Below are positions 38,723 through 49,729 of a stretch of DNA of 64,000 nt, piece after piece. A program made the position numbers and the translations under genes. The notes under the pieces were generated by a model. That model saw nothing but the letters and a program-made list of their open reading frames with translations, did not search any database and had not been told where the DNA came from. Source of the DNA: a virus. The DNA is taken from IMG/VR virus record IMGVR_UViG_3300001530_000094; one strand, 5' to 3'. Each line of letters starts with the position of its first letter. Position 1 is the first letter of the stretch.

Positions 38723-39709
38723 ATGGCGACAGTAACATATACAGTTTCAGGTACACAGATGCACTCAAGAAAGCCTAAAATAAAAAATGATTTAACAATT
38801 AAAGTTACTAGAAAGAATAAACAAACAAAAAAAGTTACTATTTCTATCACTGGAACTATTACTCCTGCTGCTAGTACAGAATTTTATAGAGGACCATTTT
38901 CTAATCCTCAAACAGGTTTCTATTTTTCAACTCATAAAGGTACAGATGGTAGACATGGAAATTATTATAATTTAAGATATGGTACTGATACTGATATAGA
39001 TGTAAGTTGGAGTGAAGAATGGACTAGTGGCACTTTAAAGATATATAGTCACTGCGGTTTCGGAGACTCAGGAGACCATTCTATTCATTGTTCTTATGAT
39101 TATGATAATATATTACTTAAATCTATAGATATTTCAAAGTTACCTTATGAAGAATATATTGACCCCACTAACTTTACTAGTGGTAAAGTATTTAACCAAA
39201 ATGGAGTACAGAATGGAAATGAAAAGCCAGATAGATGCATTAAAGTAACTTGGTCTGGAGAAAAACCTGGGAGTTATAGCTTTGATAGATATAGTATAGA
39301 TTTATTCAAAGTTTCTGGGCATTATGATGATGGTACGTATAGAATTGGTTCATTTAACAATGTATCTAAAAACACTTTATACGATTTAGATAATATTTCA
39401 TATAATGGAGACTATAGAGACTTAAATAATCGTCATGTTAGACCAGGAGATACTTTGTATGTATGTATCAGAGCTCATAGCACTAAAGGAGATGGAGGTA
39501 GTTGGTTACCTAGATATTATGTAGGAACGATAAAATTATATAAAGATGGAAAGATATTGTATAAACAGTCTAATGGTACTGGAGTAGAATGTACTAAACT
39601 ATATTATAAGCAGTCTAATGGTACAGTACAAAAAGGAAGATATGCTTTTTATAAACAAAATAACAGTACTGTAAAAGTCATAGATATGTATACATATTGT
39701 TATGAATAA
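38723..39709 (+). CDS. tail/structural protein
   Basis: ORF in tail module, RBS aggaggtg; C-terminal KLYYKQSNGTV repeats. Confidence 0.55.
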   Translation: MATVTYTVSGTQMHSRKPKIKNDLTIKVTRKNKQTKKVTISITGTITPAASTEFYRGPFSNPQTGFYFSTHKGTDGRHGNYYNLRYGTDTDIDVSWSEEWTSGTLKIYSHCGFGDSGDHSIHCSYDYDNILLKSIDISKLPYEEYIDPTNFTSGKVFNQNGVQNGNEKPDRCIKVTWSGEKPGSYSFDRYSIDLFKVSGHYDDGTYRIGSFNNVSKNTLYDLDNISYNGDYRDLNNRHVRPGDTLYVCIRAHSTKGDGGSWLPRYYVGTIKLYKDGKILYKQSNGTGVECTKLYYKQSNGTVQKGRYAFYKQNNSTVKVIDMYTYCYE

Positions 39710-39729
39710 TAAACAGGAGGTTCACAGAA

Positions 39730-40152
39730 ATGCTCAGAATAAACACAGAGATAATTTTAGATAATGGAATAGTAATTAATTGGCTTCTTTTAAATCTTGT
39801 CTCTATAAGGAAATCTGAATTGGAGTTAACTTTTGATACATTCACTTCTAAAGATTTATTAGTAAAGTCAGTTGAAAGAAAAATAAAAATAAAAGAAAAT
39901 TTAGAATTAGCTGCAAAGTTTAAAGATATGGTTGATAATAAAACTTCTACTGATAAAGATGAACTAAATGAGCTACAAAATAAAATTAATAAATTATCAG
40001 ATGAGGTAGATAATCTTCCAGATTATAATGAAGTAGTTATATCTAATTTTTCAGTTACTATTCCATATTCTCATAAAGAAAAAATAACTAAAGATTTCAT
40101 AGTAGAAAAGTTAAAAGAAAAGAATTTATTTAAGATAGAAAAGTATGAATAG
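39730..40152 (+). CDS. hypothetical, partly similar to 41971..42381
   Basis: ORF in tail module. Confidence 0.55.
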   Translation: MLRINTEIILDNGIVINWLLLNLVSIRKSELELTFDTFTSKDLLVKSVERKIKIKENLELAAKFKDMVDNKTSTDKDELNELQNKINKLSDEVDNLPDYNEVVISNFSVTIPYSHKEKITKDFIVEKLKEKNLFKIEKYE

Positions 40153-40169
40153 AAAGGAGATTAGATAAT

Positions 40170-40910
40170 ATGATACAAATGCTTGGTAGTTCTAGACTAC
40201 TTAATAAGGCTATTCAAGAGAATGTTAATTCTACGAATACTAATAGAATTATAGAACTATATGGTATAAGTTCTATTGATGAATTGACTGATGTTCCATT
40301 ATTAGTTAAATCTTCTGTATCTGGCACAAGTGCTACTACTTATATTGAGATAACTAGCAGCGGAACAACTATAGATACAGTAGAACTTAATGTTTATAAC
40401 AATGGTGCAATAGATGTACCATTTTCAAACTGGGTTATAGCAAACCAATTGTACTTTTTAGTATATGATTTTGATAATAGTTGCTTTAACGCTTTTCCAG
40501 TAGGTAGCGGAGAATCAGCTGCTCCCCCTCCTAGTACTTTAATGGCCTTATCAGATGATATCTTGACTTTAACAAATTCTTCTACAGCTTCTGAGATTGA
40601 AACAGCCTTTGGAGATGTTGACAGTGAAGAGACTTTTATGGATTGGGTTAGCAGTATGTCTGGTCAATTAGTTATTTTTGATTTAGATTATAGTATTGTA
40701 AATTATATAACAATAAATAACTATAGAATGTCTAGTGATGGACTACACTACTCAATTTATTTTAATACTTATAATGTTAATAGCAACAATACTTTAGAAT
40801 TAGTTTACAAAGTTATGACTTTTAATAAAACTGCAACTGCTGATACTATATTTAGTTCAGTATCAGTGAAAGAAACTACTATATCTGATGGAAATGGGGT
40901 GGCATACTAA
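40170..40910 (+). CDS. tail fibre-associated hypothetical
   Basis: ORF with RBS aaaggag. Confidence 0.55.
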   Translation: MIQMLGSSRLLNKAIQENVNSTNTNRIIELYGISSIDELTDVPLLVKSSVSGTSATTYIEITSSGTTIDTVELNVYNNGAIDVPFSNWVIANQLYFLVYDFDNSCFNAFPVGSGESAAPPPSTLMALSDDILTLTNSSTASEIETAFGDVDSEETFMDWVSSMSGQLVIFDLDYSIVNYITINNYRMSSDGLHYSIYFNTYNVNSNNTLELVYKVMTFNKTATADTIFSSVSVKETTISDGNGVAY

Positions 40911-41941
40911 TGGGACAAGTTTATGTAGATGAAAATAGTTTAAGTTCAATAGGAAATGCAATCAGAAACATAACTAACACAACTAATAATTTTTATCCTA
41001 ATCAAATGGGACCAGCTATAGAAAATATCAGTATGGGTCCAGAAATTACAGATGCTAGTTACTTATTTTATCATGGAGCTAGAATGTCTCAGTATATAGA
41101 TTTAATAAACTGTATATCTCCTAATGTACATTACACTTCAGAAATGTTTTCAGGACTTAATTTTTCAAATTACCCATTTGAAATCCCTATTTTTAATACA
41201 AGTAATGTAGTACAAGCTTCCAATATGTTTTTTAATTATATAATGCTAAGAAATGCTCCTGCATTTAATTTTAGCAGTCTTACACAGGCTCAATATATGT
41301 TTTCTAACTGTACTAACTTAACAGATATTCCTAATTTTACTACTAGTGATAGGTTACAAAATTTGTGCGGTATTTTTAGATATTGTTATAGTATGACGAA
41401 TACCAGTAATATAAGTTATTGGAATACAGAAAATGTTACTAACATAGACCAGATGTTTCTATTTTGTAATCACATATCAACAATTAATGATTTGAATTTC
41501 CCTAAAGTTACTAATTTAAGAACTTTTTGTGGTGGTTGTCATTCACTTGTTTCATTAAATAATTGCAATTTTAGTAATGCACAGAACTTGTGGCAATCTT
41601 TTAGTCAGTGCTGGAATTTACAAGCTATACCAGAAATTCATTCAGACAATATTATTAATATGTGTGAAGCCTTTGTAAGTTGTTCTAATTTAACAGAAGT
41701 TATACAATATAATACTTTAAAAGTAAAAGATATGTGTAGAACTTTTCAGTTCTGTAATAATTTAAGTAATGCAAGTATACAGAATATAATTAATATGTGT
41801 TTAAATAGTAATATAACAACTGCTAGTTATAAAAATCTAACAGTTAATAATGGTAATAGCCCACTTTATCAGACTAAATTTAATAATTCATACTATCAAG
41901 ATAGATGGCAAGAACTTACAGATGCTGGTTGGACATATTAG
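40910..41941 (+). CDS. DUF285/BspA-like leucine-rich tail protein
   Basis: repeated xxF.(N)C.NLT.I.NF.T.. units; shared C-terminus ASIQNIINMCLNSNI...DRWQELTDAGWTY. Confidence 0.8.
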   Translation: MGQVYVDENSLSSIGNAIRNITNTTNNFYPNQMGPAIENISMGPEITDASYLFYHGARMSQYIDLINCISPNVHYTSEMFSGLNFSNYPFEIPIFNTSNVVQASNMFFNYIMLRNAPAFNFSSLTQAQYMFSNCTNLTDIPNFTTSDRLQNLCGIFRYCYSMTNTSNISYWNTENVTNIDQMFLFCNHISTINDLNFPKVTNLRTFCGGCHSLVSLNNCNFSNAQNLWQSFSQCWNLQAIPEIHSDNIINMCEAFVSCSNLTEVIQYNTLKVKDMCRTFQFCNNLSNASIQNIINMCLNSNITTASYKNLTVNNGNSPLYQTKFNNSYYQDRWQELTDAGWTY

Positions 41942-41970
41942 AAGCATAATATTTAATAGGAGGAATTTTC

Positions 41971-42381
41971 ATGGCATTTTTAAAAGAGAGGAAATTAAAA
42001 AATGGAGTTATAACTACCTATCATAGAATTAAATCTGTAAACTATAATTTTTTAGAAGGACAGACTTTAGTAGAGATAGATAGTTATACTTCTAAAGAAT
42101 ACAGAGAAAAAGAGAAGAAAATAGATGAACTAAATAAAACAATTAATGTTCTTTATAATCAGTATAGAACTTCTATAGAAAAAGGAGAAAAACAGTTAGC
42201 AGATTCTATAAGAGAGAAAATGAATGAACTTCAAGAGATTCAAGATGATTTATCTTCTAAAAACTTTATAGCTGATACTTCTGTAGTTACTATAGATTCT
42301 ATACCTGAAGATATAACTATTTCATCTATCTATAAATTACTCAGTACTTTAGAAGAATATTCTGATGCGAAAGAGGTGTAA
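41971..42381 (+). CDS. hypothetical chaperone-like coiled coil
   Basis: ORF with RBS taggagg. Confidence 0.55.
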   Translation: MAFLKERKLKNGVITTYHRIKSVNYNFLEGQTLVEIDSYTSKEYREKEKKIDELNKTINVLYNQYRTSIEKGEKQLADSIREKMNELQEIQDDLSSKNFIADTSVVTIDSIPEDITISSIYKLLSTLEEYSDAKEV

Positions 42382-42383
42382 AA

Positions 42384-43022
42384 ATGAAAGAAAGATTGCA
42401 AGTTCCAATAAATGGTTTAGTTAATACTAACCAAAGCTTTTTAAGAGCTGATATAGATACAGTTTACATAGGAAAGAAAAGATATCTAAATATATTAGCT
42501 TCTGTAGAATTAAAGCCTGATATAGGAAAAGCCAGTACTTCTACTTTAGAGACTTTTGAACTTAGAATATCTCTAGATGATAATCTCATAAAGAGAGAAA
42601 CTATAGAAATAGATTTATTAGAAGGAAAAGACTATCAGATAGAGACTGATGTAGAACTTCATAATGTACAGTATGAAACTAGATTATTAAACGTTGAGAT
42701 GTGTAACTTTAGAAATAATATTATAGAATATACAGCAATAAAAGAAATGATAAATATAGAACCTATAAAAGAAAGTAAAACTTTTATAAGAGTAGATTAC
42801 TATCAAGACAAAGACTTAGTTCATAACTTTAGTTATTATACTAATAAATCAACAAATAGAATTTTTATGAAGATGAACAATAATAATTGGAAAGAAATTT
42901 TTAGTGGTTTCAGTTTAAAAAATGAAGAATTAGAAGGAAAAGTAAATTACCTTCAACTTTACACTACAGATGAAGAAAATAACAAAATCTATTCAAATGT
43001 TATCAGATTTATAAAAACTTAA
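42384..43022 (+). CDS. hypothetical tail-module protein
   Basis: ORF with RBS gaggtg. Confidence 0.55.
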   Translation: MKERLQVPINGLVNTNQSFLRADIDTVYIGKKRYLNILASVELKPDIGKASTSTLETFELRISLDDNLIKRETIEIDLLEGKDYQIETDVELHNVQYETRLLNVEMCNFRNNIIEYTAIKEMINIEPIKESKTFIRVDYYQDKDLVHNFSYYTNKSTNRIFMKMNNNNWKEIFSGFSLKNEELEGKVNYLQLYTTDEENNKIYSNVIRFIKT

Positions 43023-43080
43023 ACATCAGAATGACTTTAGAGACATTTTAAAAACTATCTAATATAAATTATATTAAGAA
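43021..43080 (+). repeat. operon-end conserved element, copy 3
   Basis: aaacatcagaatgactttagagacatttt. Confidence 0.7.
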
Positions 43081-43118
43081 GAATAAGTAACCTGCTTAGC
43101 TTATTCTTCTTTTCTTTT
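43078..43118 (+). terminator. intrinsic terminator
   Basis: GAAGAATAAG...CTTATTCTTCTTTTCTTTT. Confidence 0.8.
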
Positions 43119-43241
43119 GTATAAATAATCTCATCAATATTTAATGCTTTATAATATATTATATTAAGAAGAAATTTAGAAGCAATTATATCGATTGATA
43201 ACCTATCATCATAAGTTTAATAAATTATAGGAGGAAAGAGT

Positions 43242-43959
43242 ATGGATTTCGCAACTATTTCTAAATTAGTAATAGATGCTGGTGTGAGCTTAGCATGTTC
43301 AGCTGTAATGATTTTTGTTTTCTACAGACTGATTAATAAGCACATGAAAGATGAGGAGGAATTAAGAAAAAGTCAGGATGAGCAAAATAAAAAATTATTG
43401 CAACACATTCTAGAATCTACACCTTATGCCATAACTCCCAAGAAATACGATGAAGATGTCGCTATTGATAAAGAAATAAATTCTGTACTAAATAAATTAA
43501 AAGATTCGTTGAACCCTACTAGAACTTATCTAGTAACTTTTCATAACGGAGGAAAAGACTTAAGCGGTTTATCTTTTCTAAAGATGAGTATGCGTAATGA
43601 AGTGACAGCTCCTAACATTAAACCTTTGCAAGGAGAATTTCAAAATGTATTTAGAAATACTTTTGCATATTGGTGTAATGAAATTGCAGAAAAAGGTAAA
43701 TGTTATGTAGAAGATAGAGAAGATATGAAAGAAATAGACTCTAGTCTTTATGATTTTATGAATACTAGAGACATTTATTCTCTTTATGGAAAAGCTATAA
43801 TAAACAATGACGGGCATATTATTCGGTTTTATTGGTGTAGAATATATGGTTAAGCCGAAAGTTGATTTAGACAGAATAGAACACTGTTTAACAGATAAGA
43901 AAAATAAAATAGAAGCTCTTTTAAATTACGCACAAAATAACGGAAAGAAAGGAGAGTAA
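43242..43959 (+). CDS. membrane-anchored GAF-like protein; requires +1 shift at CGG 43824-43826
   Basis: TM + LVTFHNGGKDLSGLSFLKMSMRNE; ...NNDGHII[G]FIGVEYMVKPKVDLDRIEHCL... after skipping C 43824; (718-1)/3 is an integer. Confidence 0.8.
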
Positions 43960-43961
43960 GT

Positions 43962-44693
43962 ATGTACGCAGAAATAAAGAATGCAAATAAGATTTTAATA
44001 AATAGATTAGCAGATACTGAAAGAATATTATTAGAACAAATTGCTAATGAAGCAGAAACTGCAGAAATAACTTTCTCTAAACTAACTGGTGAAACAGGTG
44101 ATTTTGACGGTATAATGATAAATGTTACTAATACTATTAAAAAGATAGAACCTACAGAGAAAATACTTTCTGAAATTACAGTTTTAGTAGGAGAACCTAA
44201 AGAATATGTATTACCAGTAGATGGAGAAGTTACAGTTTTAACAGCATATAACAATGAACATCTTAAAGTTACTGCTAGTAATAATAAACTAGTATTTTCT
44301 ACTGATGGTGTATTTGAAGATACAGTTCATTATGAAATTACTAAAGCTGGATATGAATCTTTAGCCGGAGAAATAAAAATAATTTCTAAAGAAAGAGATG
44401 AAGTTACTCTAACTATTAACACAGACCCAGCTGACCCAGATGCTATATTAGTATTTGATGAACATGATACTAAGTTAATCCCAGTAAATTCTGATATTAT
44501 AAATATCTATTCATTACCAATAGGAACTTATAAAATAGTAATTTCTAAGATAAACTATAGACAAACAGAAGATTTGATAACTATTACTTCAGAAGATTTA
44601 GCTAATAAAACTAAGACTATTACTATAGAATTAACTGCTATAAACTCTGAAGATGTAGTTCATTTAGTAGATGAAGAAGAGGAGGGAGCATAG
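43962..44693 (+). CDS. tail-associated protein with PEGA-like domain
   Basis: LTINTDPADPDAILVFDEHDTKLIPVNSD...SLPIGTYKIVISKINYR. Confidence 0.65.
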   Translation: MYAEIKNANKILINRLADTERILLEQIANEAETAEITFSKLTGETGDFDGIMINVTNTIKKIEPTEKILSEITVLVGEPKEYVLPVDGEVTVLTAYNNEHLKVTASNNKLVFSTDGVFEDTVHYEITKAGYESLAGEIKIISKERDEVTLTINTDPADPDAILVFDEHDTKLIPVNSDIINIYSLPIGTYKIVISKINYRQTEDLITITSEDLANKTKTITIELTAINSEDVVHLVDEEEEGA

Positions 44694-44694
44694 T

Positions 44695-44913
44695 ATGGCT
44701 AAAAATTTATTTATAGAAACAAAAAGTGGGAAACTTCAAAATCTATATCTTTTACAAGATGTAAGAGCTGTAGAATCTGAAGAAGAGCCTGAAAAATATG
44801 CTCTAGCCTATGTTCAAGAAAATGGTGTTATATTAGAAGATATGTTGTATGACACTATGGAAGAAGCAGAAGCTGCTGTAGAAGAAGTAAAAGCAGAAAT
44901 TTTAGGAGAGTAA
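44695..44913 (+). CDS. hypothetical protein
   Basis: RBS ggaggga before ATG 44695. Confidence 0.6.
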   Translation: MAKNLFIETKSGKLQNLYLLQDVRAVESEEEPEKYALAYVQENGVILEDMLYDTMEEAEAAVEEVKAEILGE

Positions 44914-44927
44914 AGGAGGTTGTAAAT

Positions 44928-45287
44928 ATGGCTGCTGAGCAAGGTTTATTCATTGAAAGATTAGATGGTAGAGCCGCAAATGTTAGTTTAATTCAAACCA
45001 TATTTATAGACCCTGAAGACTCTACCAATATAGTATGGTATTTTAGAAACGGAGAAACTTATGAAGAAGATTTAGCTTCTGAAGAAGAAGCTCAAAGTAG
45101 ATATGATGCTTTAAAAGGATTGCTTTTAGGAGTAACTATTGCAGAACTAGAAGAAACTATTACAGAGCAAGCAAATACAATTGCAGAACAAGAAGAAGTA
45201 ATAGATGATTTAAACGTAAATATAGATGAGTTTGTTGAAAAAACTGAAGTTATATTATCAGGAGAGGAGGAATCTTTAAATGCCTAA
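44928..45287 (+). CDS. hypothetical protein
   Basis: RBS aaggagg; similar start to previous ORF (LFIE..G....L.L/I). Confidence 0.6.
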   Translation: MAAEQGLFIERLDGRAANVSLIQTIFIDPEDSTNIVWYFRNGETYEEDLASEEEAQSRYDALKGLLLGVTIAELEETITEQANTIAEQEEVIDDLNVNIDEFVEKTEVILSGEEESLNA

Positions 45288-46668
45288 GTCAAGTGTAGAA
45301 CAGTTAAGAGATAATTTAACAGAAATAGAAGATATAAAGGGACAGATAAGACAAGCAATAATAGCAAAAGAGACAGAGGTTCCTTTAGATACACCTTTCT
45401 CAGAATATCCTCAGAAAATAGAAGATATTCAAACAAAAGAAGATTTAGACAATGTATTAAATACTCAAGATGAAAAAATAGCTGAGTTAGAAGCTGCTTT
45501 AGAGAATAAAACTGCTGGCGGAAAAGTTAAATTAAATATATATGCTCAGACAACAGAACCAACAGACAAAAACGGTATATGGCTTCAAACAGATAAGACT
45601 TTTGATAAAATTTATTTTGACACAAATGTGGTGACAGCTGCGACTTGGGACACATCTATGACATATACTTCTATACCTTATGAGTTTCGTTATGGAGGAA
45701 GCGCAACAGTAGGGACAGATATTTACCTTTTTGGTTCAAGTAGTGCTAGAAACACCGCTTATAAATATGACACTTTGACAGACACTTATTCTCAATTAGC
45801 AGATATACCATATTCATTTTATGGGGGAAGTACAATTGCTGTTGACACAGATATTTATTTATTTGGGTCTAATGTATCAGGTAATACAAAAAAAGCGTAT
45901 AAGTATGACACGTTGACTGATACATACATGGCTTTAACAGATATACCTTATGATTTTGCTAGAGGTGGAATATCTTATTTAAACGGAATTATATATTTGC
46001 TGGGGGGTAAGGATGATTATAGTACAGGTTATAAATATGATATAAATGCTAATAGTTATACACAAATCCCAGGTTCTCCTAATGGGGTAAGATTTGATTG
46101 TCGTTATGCAGAAGTTGCAACTGTCGGTGAGGATGTTTATATATTTGGGGGAGGTCGTGTGGACTATACTGTCTATGTAAAAACTGCTTATAAATATAAT
46201 ATGACTACAAATGTAGTGACTAAACTTACTGATTTACCTGAGAATGTGTATTATGGGGGTGCTATATCATTTGGTTCAAGCATTTATTTGTTTGGAAATT
46301 ATTCATACGCATATAAATATGATGTAGATAGTGATAGTTATGAAGCTATACCTAGTCCTGGTGCAAGTCATTCTTATATAGGTTGTAGAGTAGAAATAGT
46401 GCAAAATAAAATTTTTATATTAGGTGGAAATGGTTATCCGACATTAATAAGTGTTTATTTATTAGGCACTAAAGAATACAATGATAACTCTATTGTAGTA
46501 TCACAAGGTCCTAGTTTGAAGACATCTCTGTTTGAAATAAATGGTGTAGAAGGAAGATTGTTGTTTTATTTTGCAGATGCCTGGTATTATACCACTGAAA
46601 ATGGGTTAGATAATACTATTCCTACTTATTATGGTAATAGTACAGAATGGATAAAATTTAAAAACTAG
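45280..46668 (+). CDS. tail protein with Kelch-like beta-propeller
   Basis: repeats of YLFGS...KKAYKYDTLTDTY..L.DIPY. Confidence 0.75.
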   Translation: MPKSSVEQLRDNLTEIEDIKGQIRQAIIAKETEVPLDTPFSEYPQKIEDIQTKEDLDNVLNTQDEKIAELEAALENKTAGGKVKLNIYAQTTEPTDKNGIWLQTDKTFDKIYFDTNVVTAATWDTSMTYTSIPYEFRYGGSATVGTDIYLFGSSSARNTAYKYDTLTDTYSQLADIPYSFYGGSTIAVDTDIYLFGSNVSGNTKKAYKYDTLTDTYMALTDIPYDFARGGISYLNGIIYLLGGKDDYSTGYKYDINANSYTQIPGSPNGVRFDCRYAEVATVGEDVYIFGGGRVDYTVYVKTAYKYNMTTNVVTKLTDLPENVYYGGAISFGSSIYLFGNYSYAYKYDVDSDSYEAIPSPGASHSYIGCRVEIVQNKIFILGGNGYPTLISVYLLGTKEYNDNSIVVSQGPSLKTSLFEINGVEGRLLFYFADAWYYTTENGLDNTIPTYYGNSTEWIKFKN

Positions 46669-46687
46669 AAGAAAGGAGAAAAATTAA

Positions 46688-48026
46688 ATGTCAAGTGGAA
46701 CAAATCAAGAAAGAATAGAACAAAATAATTTAAAGTTAGCTCAATTGAAAACTAAGGCAGATAACTTACCAGAGTATCAAGACATAGAACCTATATATAG
46801 TAATGAAAATTTTTCATTATTTAAAACAAATTTAACCTATGCTAATAATAAGTATATAATATCAAATCTTGATAATAAATATATATCTTATTATATTAGT
46901 AATAATAATCCATATCATCATTATATTGCAAAAGTAAATAATGATGGTACAATTACTAATTTATTTTATAGACAAAAAGGGGAAAGTGGTAGTACTTATT
47001 CTATTGAATTAATTGATTATGATGATAACTATTTATATTTATATGATAGAAATGCTAATTATCGGTAGACAATGGAATTGGAAGATTCAAAGATTTAATC
47101 TATTAACGAATACTATGGAAAGTGATACTTATTGGACAGTTTCAGTAGATGCTAGCAACTGGTTTTATGGACAACATGCATTTAACAATTTAGGTAATGG
47201 ATATGTTCAGCTCACAGATTATGGTTATCCTATTTATAAACTAGATGTAAAAAATAAAGTACGTACCATAGTAAAAAGTCCTGCAAATGCAACTACTTAT
47301 TCATTAATGTTTAATTCCAATATAGTTGCAGCTAATGTGACTGGTACATACACATATATTGTACTTTTAAATTTATTAACTAAAGCGGAGTTAAAAGTAA
47401 ATGTGAATGCAAAAACATATAATGCAATATTAGTAAGTAATGATAGAGTTGTTATAAATAATAATTTATATGTTCTTAATGAGAATCTTACTACAGGTGA
47501 ATTAATTAAAGAAAATGTAATAGAAGGGTATGTAGCTAACGCAACTTGGCTCCTAAACATATATCCTAGCTATTATATGGAATATAATAGAGGTATTTTA
47601 TACTACTTTAATGAAGATACTAATATGTTTGAAAAAGTTTTAAATACTTCTGGTATTATGAGACAGGATTCCGGCTATAAGTCATATAATGCAAAAATAT
47701 GTAATGTAAGCAATTTATATAATATAGTCAAAGCTGATAACTCAGATAAAATTATAGGATATAAATATGATGGTATTACTATGATGTTACCAAATGGCTT
47801 AAGTACATCTTCTGATAAACTTTTAGTTGGTTCTTATCTATATAATAAATTTAATGTGGGTGTTGCCGGAACTATGCCTAATAATGGAGCACTAAATTAT
47901 ACACCATCTACTTCACAACAAACTATACCTGCAGGATATACCTCTGGAGGAACAGTAGCTGCAGTATCTATGACAGAGCAAGAGATAGAACAAGCAGAAA
48001 CTTTAGCAACAGATATACTAAGTTAA
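46688..48026 (+). CDS. tail protein; requires +1 shift at CGG 47063-47065
   Basis: DRNANY[G]RQWNWKIQRFNLLTNTMES... after skipping C 47063; C-terminal GVAGTMPNNGALNYTPSTSQQTIPAGYTSGGTVA; (1339-1)/3 is an integer. Confidence 0.85.
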
Positions 48027-48045
48027 GAAAGGGAGGCAGATAAGT

Positions 48046-48521
48046 ATGTCAGATTTATCAAGACTAAATAAAAACAATGACGATTTAGTAGAAGTTGAGC
48101 AAATGGCTGAAGAACTACCAGACATAGACCCAGATACAAGTACCGCAACTGCAACTGCCTCTGACATTATAGCTCGGTAAAACTGCGTGGGCAGTAAATA
48201 GAGAAATAACTGGTACTATTGGAGATTGTAGAAATATAGGAGATTTTTCTCTTATAAATTCTACAGTTAATATGTCAGACCCTTCACGGAATTAAAGTTA
48301 TAGGTAACTTAGATATTATAGAAAATACAGCCGCTTTTAGTAATACTGCTAACTTTATTTCTTTTGTAGGGTATGATAGATTAGCCATTTTACTTGGAAT
48401 ATATCCAGAGAAAATAAAAGCTGGTGAGGTAATTTCTGGCATAACTGGAATTTATGAAGGAGTAATGACTCAAGCAGAACTAAATGAATTGCTAGAGATT
48501 ACTAATGAAATACTAAACTAG
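48046..48521 (+). CDS. tail protein with G-K-T-A module; requires two +1 shifts, at CGG 48175-48177 and CGG 48287-48289
   Basis: RBS gggaggc; TATATASDIIA[G]KTAWAVNREITGTIGDCRNIG...MSDPS[G]IKVIGNLDIIENTAAF...; (476-2)/3 is an integer. Confidence 0.85.
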
Positions 48522-48537
48522 AGAGGAGGATTATAAC

Positions 48538-49680
48538 TTGATTAATATAGAACTTGGAAAAGGAGTAAATTTAGACAAAGACGGAAGAAACTTATATAGA
48601 TACTTACACAATGATTTACCCAGTGCAAATGAAATAACTATATGGGATAACGGTAAAGCAACTATAAAAAATATGTGTAATATGTTTAATAGTATGATTA
48701 ATCTAACTAATCTTAATATAAGTAATTTAAACACTTATAATGTGATAGATATGAGTAATTTTTGCAGAGGGTGTAATAATCTAAGAAGTCTTTCTAATTT
48801 TGATACTTCTAGAGCTACTAATATGAAATATGCATTTAAAAATTGTAAAAACATAACTTCTTTTGAGAATTATGATACTTCTAATACTTTAGACTTATAT
48901 GGAATCTTTGAAGGATGTACAGCGATTACTACTATACCTAATTATAATGTAATAAATGCAACTAACTTTAGTAATATGTTTAATGGATGTACAGCTTTAA
49001 CTTCTATACCAGAATTAAATACTAATAGAGCAATGCAGATGAGTAATATGTTTTCACAATGCAAAAACCTAACTACTATTCCACTACTAGATACACATAG
49101 AGTAACTAACATGAGTAACATGTTTTTAAATTGTAGTAAATTAAATAATATTCCTGAATTACTTACTTCTAATTTATCTAACATGGCATATATGTTTGCT
49201 TATTGTGAAAATATTAGCACTATTCCTAACTTAATAACTACTAATGTAAGCAATATTTCTGGAGTATTTTTTGAGTGTAAAAATTTAACTCAAGCTCCTA
49301 ACATTAATACCTCTAAAGTAGAAGATGCAAGTGCAATGTTTTATAACTGTATTAAATTAGTTAATGCTCCACTTTATATTTTTACTAATACTTTAGAGAT
49401 GGACACTATGTTTTATAATTGCACATCATTAGAAAGAGTTCCAATTTATAACACATCTAAAGTAACCAACATGAGTAAGATGTTCTATAGATGTAATAAT
49501 TTAGTTAATGCAAGTATACAAAATATAATAAGTATGTGTTTGAATAGTAATATTACAGATACAAATCAAATGAATCTTAATAATGCAAATCAATATAGTC
49601 CATTTAATGGAACTAAATTCAATGCAAGTTATTATGAAAATAGATACAATGAGATAAATGCAGCGGGCTGGAAGTACTAA
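48538..49680 (+). CDS. DUF285/BspA-like leucine-rich tail protein
   Basis: VTNMSNMFLNCSKLNNIPEL-type repeats; shared C-terminus. Confidence 0.85.
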   Translation: MINIELGKGVNLDKDGRNLYRYLHNDLPSANEITIWDNGKATIKNMCNMFNSMINLTNLNISNLNTYNVIDMSNFCRGCNNLRSLSNFDTSRATNMKYAFKNCKNITSFENYDTSNTLDLYGIFEGCTAITTIPNYNVINATNFSNMFNGCTALTSIPELNTNRAMQMSNMFSQCKNLTTIPLLDTHRVTNMSNMFLNCSKLNNIPELLTSNLSNMAYMFAYCENISTIPNLITTNVSNISGVFFECKNLTQAPNINTSKVEDASAMFYNCIKLVNAPLYIFTNTLEMDTMFYNCTSLERVPIYNTSKVTNMSKMFYRCNNLVNASIQNIISMCLNSNITDTNQMNLNNANQYSPFNGTKFNASYYENRYNEINAAGWKY

Positions 49681-49729
49681 AGATAAAAGATAAAGTTTTT
49701 AAAATAACTAAAAGAAAGGAGATACCTAA

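Noticed and set aside
43070-43240. CRISPR array or attachment-site repeats in intergenic regions
   Set aside because: No regularly spaced direct repeats with unique spacers; repeats seen are promoter and operon-end elements.
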